Origin: a virus
Lineage: Duplodnaviria > Heunggongvirae > Uroviricota > Caudoviricetes
IMG/VR virus record: IMGVR_UViG_3300023371_004649
Direction: 5' to 3' (one strand)
Length of the DNA stretch: 32,364 nucleotides
Below, piece after piece: positions 29,141 to 32,364 of the stretch; positions within the stretch are counted from its first letter, which is position 1; each line of letters starts with the position of its first letter. The notes beneath the pieces were generated by a model. The model made no database searches, had not been told where the DNA came from, and worked only from the letters and a program-made list of their open reading frames with translations. Both the position numbers and the translations under genes were made by a program.

Positions 29141-29179
29141 AAAAATGAACTGTTGTAAATTTTACAACAGTTCATTTTT
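29141..29179. terminator. Bidirectional terminator
   Basis: AAAAATGAACTGTTGTAA-att-TTACAACAGTTCATTTTT. Confidence 0.85.
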
Positions 29180-29186
29180 TATGTCT

Positions 29187-30104
29187 TTATTTGAAAATTT
29201 CAACTATCTTTTTCTCTTCAAAATTTATAGTCTTCCAATCAGCAAAATTATTAGTTGGAGAAGTAAATAGATAAATTATTTCTCCATCTTTAACCGCAGT
29301 AGCCTTGTTAATTAAAGAATATTTATCGGAATATTTGGTATTCATTTTTAGTCCCATACACCAGATATTGTTGTTTTTACAATATCTATGTAATTCTCTG
29401 AAAATCATTTCAACTTCATATTCATCAATATTCTCAAGACTATCAATTTCAAAAAGAGACACAGTTTTCTCATTATAAATACTCTTATATTCTGAAATAT
29501 GTATTTCATTATCCCAAACTTTGAAAATCAAGGGCTCGTCAAAAAATTCATATTTTTTCATAAACAATCTATTTACATAAAGATGGTCTTTGAGGTCAAA
29601 GACGTTTCTAGTATGACAAAAATTCATACCGAAATCAGACATCATAGCATCATCATCGATAACAACATATTGCTTGATAAAATCCTTATAATCTTCTAAA
29701 TATCTCTGAATAACTGTTTCTTTTTTACCAGATTCTAAAACCTCAAGAATATATTCGTCCATATCATAAAGCTTAAATAAAGCATTAAGACAATGATATG
29801 GCACAGATTCTCTCCAGCCACTATGAATGACGAGATAAGCATTAAAATCTCTGAGAATTTGTTTTATTCTTGCGAGTGCGATTTCATCCCAATCAAAATA
29901 AGCAGCCCCCAAATCCCAAATGTTGCACTGAAGAAAATTTTTATCATTATATCTATCTGCAAAATAAGCTGGCAACTTTTCCAATTCATATTCAAACCGA
30001 GAATCCTGAGAATATGGTTGAATAACACCATCTATATCAAGAAAGATAATATTTTTCTTAGTATTATCTCTTGGTTCTTTGCGAAAAGCAAAAGATTTGT
30101 GCAT
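29187..30104 (-). CDS. HAD-family phosphatase of the Swiss-Army-Knife RNA-repair type plus a C-terminal domain
   Basis: IIFLDIDGVI, LVIHSGWR, YVVIDDD. Confidence 0.8.
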   Translation of the reverse strand: MHKSFAFRKEPRDNTKKNIIFLDIDGVIQPYSQDSRFEYELEKLPAYFADRYNDKNFLQCNIWDLGAAYFDWDEIALARIKQILRDFNAYLVIHSGWRESVPYHCLNALFKLYDMDEYILEVLESGKKETVIQRYLEDYKDFIKQYVVIDDDAMMSDFGMNFCHTRNVFDLKDHLYVNRLFMKKYEFFDEPLIFKVWDNEIHISEYKSIYNEKTVSLFEIDSLENIDEYEVEMIFRELHRYCKNNNIWCMGLKMNTKYSDKYSLINKATAVKDGEIIYLFTSPTNNFADWKTINFEEKKIVEIFK

Positions 30105-30108
30105 AATA

Positions 30109-31032
30109 TCACCCCTTCTTCGCTAATTTTGCATAATAAGGAACCGCCATCAATTCCGAACGAAGTGTATCATACATCTTATGAAGTTTAGGGTCAACCC
30201 ACTGCATCCATTCCTTACGATTATCTTCGACCATCATCTGACGAAGCATGGTTGCAGAAATAGGCAGCTTGCTGCGATGAACAATGAACTCGCTAGTATC
30301 CTTAATATCTTCTTCGGCAAACCAACGACTACGGGCTTCATCATTGCCATAAATCATAAGCTCAGGTGCCTTATATAGATATCTATCAACATTGTCAAGC
30401 ACAAATCTACCCCAATCGGCAGTAATATCATCTTCGTGTGTTAAATCAGGAAGAGCATAAATATGAACTCTATCCTTATCTGGATAGCATTCACGAATAA
30501 CGCTCATACGAGTAGCGATGTTAAAAGGATTTCTTTCTGTACCACTCTCCTGAGAAGAACCCACAAGAATAAAAACTCTATCACAAAGGTCTAAAGCAGT
30601 ATTCACAAGGCTCTGATGACCCTTGTGAAAAGTCTGAAAACGACCAACAATTAATCCACTATCATAAACCATAATTTTTCCTCCTAAATCTGTCAAGTCT
30701 TGAATTTCTTCAACTTTAAAAATATCATTATTTAAATAAACATAATTATTTCGAATAACTTCAAAATAATTAGTCACAAAAGAAGCAATTTGATTTCTGT
30801 CAAACCAATTTGCCAAAGCAGAAGTTATTGCCAAAAGAAAATCATTACGAATATCGTCATCTGCTACAACGTTAGAAAATCGAACGTCCTGATTCACTTT
30901 AGGTTGCTTATTAACCCAATCATTTAATGCGTCTCTAATATAGTTCGCTCGAAGCGAATCAGAGAACACAGCAAGGTTAACATCATATGGAACGTCAAAG
31001 TCCGCAAACGCCTTAACTTTTAAAATATACAT
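30109..31032 (-). CDS. Orphan domain fused in frame to a NadM-type NMN adenylyltransferase; internal start at 30672
   Basis: GRFQTFHKGH, GSSQESGTERNPF..R, ISAT..R; internal AGGAGG-7 nt-ATG at codon 121. Confidence 0.85.
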   Translation of the reverse strand: MYILKVKAFADFDVPYDVNLAVFSDSLRANYIRDALNDWVNKQPKVNQDVRFSNVVADDDIRNDFLLAITSALANWFDRNQIASFVTNYFEVIRNNYVYLNNDIFKVEEIQDLTDLGGKIMVYDSGLIVGRFQTFHKGHQSLVNTALDLCDRVFILVGSSQESGTERNPFNIATRMSVIRECYPDKDRVHIYALPDLTHEDDITADWGRFVLDNVDRYLYKAPELMIYGNDEARSRWFAEEDIKDTSEFIVHRSKLPISATMLRQMMVEDNRKEWMQWVDPKLHKMYDTLRSELMAVPYYAKLAKKG

Positions 31033-31048
31033 ACAATAACTCTCCTTT

Positions 31049-31381
31049 TTAGATAGACACTACTTCTTCTAAACTAAAACTAGTAGAATAAATATAGACT
31101 GTATTATTATTACATACATCTTTAATTCTAGCAAATAGTTTTTGAGCCTTATCATAATCCATCAAAGGCAAAACACAATCGTTAAAATCCTTTTCTGCAG
31201 TAGCAGAATCTAAATCTTTGTCCATAGTTACCCAAACATTATTCAAATTGGGCAACTTACAACAAAAATCATTTAGTGCATCTCTTACTCTACAAATATA
31301 TGAAACATCTTCATGCGCTGCAATAACGATGTCATAGTTTTCGTCCGAATCATTAATAGCTTCTAGCTTAAGAATATACAT
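31049..31381 (-). CDS. Hypothetical protein, paralogous to the N-terminal domain of 30109..31032
   Basis: Shared MYILK, YD, RDALND and end-of-domain F..EE motifs. Confidence 0.75.
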   Translation of the reverse strand: MYILKLEAINDSDENYDIVIAAHEDVSYICRVRDALNDFCCKLPNLNNVWVTMDKDLDSATAEKDFNDCVLPLMDYDKAQKLFARIKDVCNNNTVYIYSTSFSLEEVVSI

Positions 31382-31454
31382 ATTATTTCTCCTCCATAAT
31401 ATTTCTCAAGTATATTATAACATATTTTTGTTGAAAAATCAATAAATAAAAGAT

Positions 31455-31486
31455 AAAATCACCTAAGCATTTTCTTAGGTGATTTT
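31455..31486 (-). terminator. Terminator after degV
   Basis: AAAATCACCTAAG…CTTAGGTGATTTT. Confidence 0.8.
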
Positions 31487-31497
31487 ATAAATATTAT

Positions 31498-32364
31498 TTA
31501 TCTTTCTTCTCCATAGAAGATAACAGCAAGAGCACCAGGACCAGTATTATTCCCAAGAATAGGACCAACAGGTGCTACAATAACTTCAGCATCAGGATGC
31601 TCTTCACGAAGCTGATTAGCAACAGTATTAGCATCTTCTTCAGCATCCATATGAGCAACAAAGAAGGTATCAGGCTTGCTACAACGAGTCTTAGCCTTTT
31701 CAATAAGGTTTCTAACGCCAGTCTTACGACCACGAATCTTTTCAACAAGTGCTACCTTACCATCATTATCAAGCTTAAAGATAGGACGAATACCAAGCGC
31801 AGTGCCCATAATAGCACTAATAGTAGAAATACGTCCAGTCTTCTGAATATAACCAAGGTCTTCGACCATAAAGAAATGATTAATCTTTAGACGAATCTCT
31901 TTAATATACTCAGCAACCTGAGCCATAGACTCACCCATCTTCTTACGCTTTGCGGCCAAATATGTAAGCATTCCCAAACCAACACATCCAGCAAAAGTAT
32001 CAATAACTTCTACATTTGCTTCAGGATATTCTTCGGAAATTTCTCTAGCAGCCAAACAAGCAGCTTGATAAGAACCAGACATACCAGAAGAGAAAGAAAT
32101 ATAGAGAACATCTTTACCAGTCTCAATAATCTCCCTCATAATATTCATAGCATCCATCATATTAATACAAGAAGTCTTACCAATATGACCAGCCTTAATC
32201 TTTGATTGAAAATCTTCTAGGCTGAGTTCTCTATAATCAGAATAGTGCTTGTAATCCTTGCCATCAATAAGAAGCCCCATAGGTACAACCTTTACCCCTA
32301 ATTTCTCAACCATTTCATGAGAAAGGTCACACCCACTGTCAGTTACAATTGTATAATCTCGCAC
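31498..32364 (-). CDS. DegV/FakB-family fatty-acid-binding protein
   Basis: IVTDSGCDL, KTS, SSGMSGSYQ.A, GRIS…LGIRPI, H.D, GP.LG..TGPGA. The GTG start sits at the window edge, so the RBS is not visible. Confidence 0.92.
   Translation of the reverse strand: MRDYTIVTDSGCDLSHEMVEKLGVKVVPMGLLIDGKDYKHYSDYRELSLEDFQSKIKAGHIGKTSCINMMDAMNIMREIIETGKDVLYISFSSGMSGSYQAACLAAREISEEYPEANVEVIDTFAGCVGLGMLTYLAAKRKKMGESMAQVAEYIKEIRLKINHFFMVEDLGYIQKTGRISTISAIMGTALGIRPIFKLDNDGKVALVEKIRGRKTGVRNLIEKAKTRCSKPDTFFVAHMDAEEDANTVANQLREEHPDAEVIVAPVGPILGNNTGPGALAVIFYGEER

Noticed and set aside
1-32364. Alternative genetic code (stop-codon recoding)
   Set aside because: Recognisable genes are full length in the standard code and end at TAA, TAG or TGA next to terminators or downstream RBSs.

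Overview
AT-rich window from a Firmicutes-type replicon (AGGAGG RBSs, sigma-A promoters, standard code). It has no core housekeeping or virion genes, long leftward runs of short orphan ORFs, a repeated promoter motif, and RNA-repair and NAD-salvage genes. This looks like a large phage or giant extrachromosomal element, though a chromosomal island cannot be excluded. The main hidden structure is a 6,359-bp IS4-family cargo transposon (2956..9314), bounded by 18-bp terminal inverted repeats (16/18 match) and a 10-bp target duplication in the centre of a palindromic hairpin. Besides its transposase it carries (i) a small hydrophobic ORF with a sequestered RBS, resembling a type I toxin, (ii) a winged-HTH regulator, (iii) a fused type IIG-like restriction-modification gene frameshifted at an (AT)6 repeat, a candidate phase-variable OFF state, and (iv) an outward-reading small RNA upstream of the transposase. 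Outside it are an IS1595 that appears to truncate a membrane glycosyltransferase, a Cys-rich metallothionein-like protein, a standalone ~80-nt sRNA, phosphoketolase, an MtnN-like nucleosidase, Thg1, KptA/Tpt1, a HAD (SAK-type) phosphatase, PnuC plus NadR-like, a second NMN adenylyltransferase fused to a duplicated orphan domain, a CE4 deacetylase and DegV. No tRNA, rRNA or CRISPR array was seen. All family calls are from motif recognition; no database search was run.
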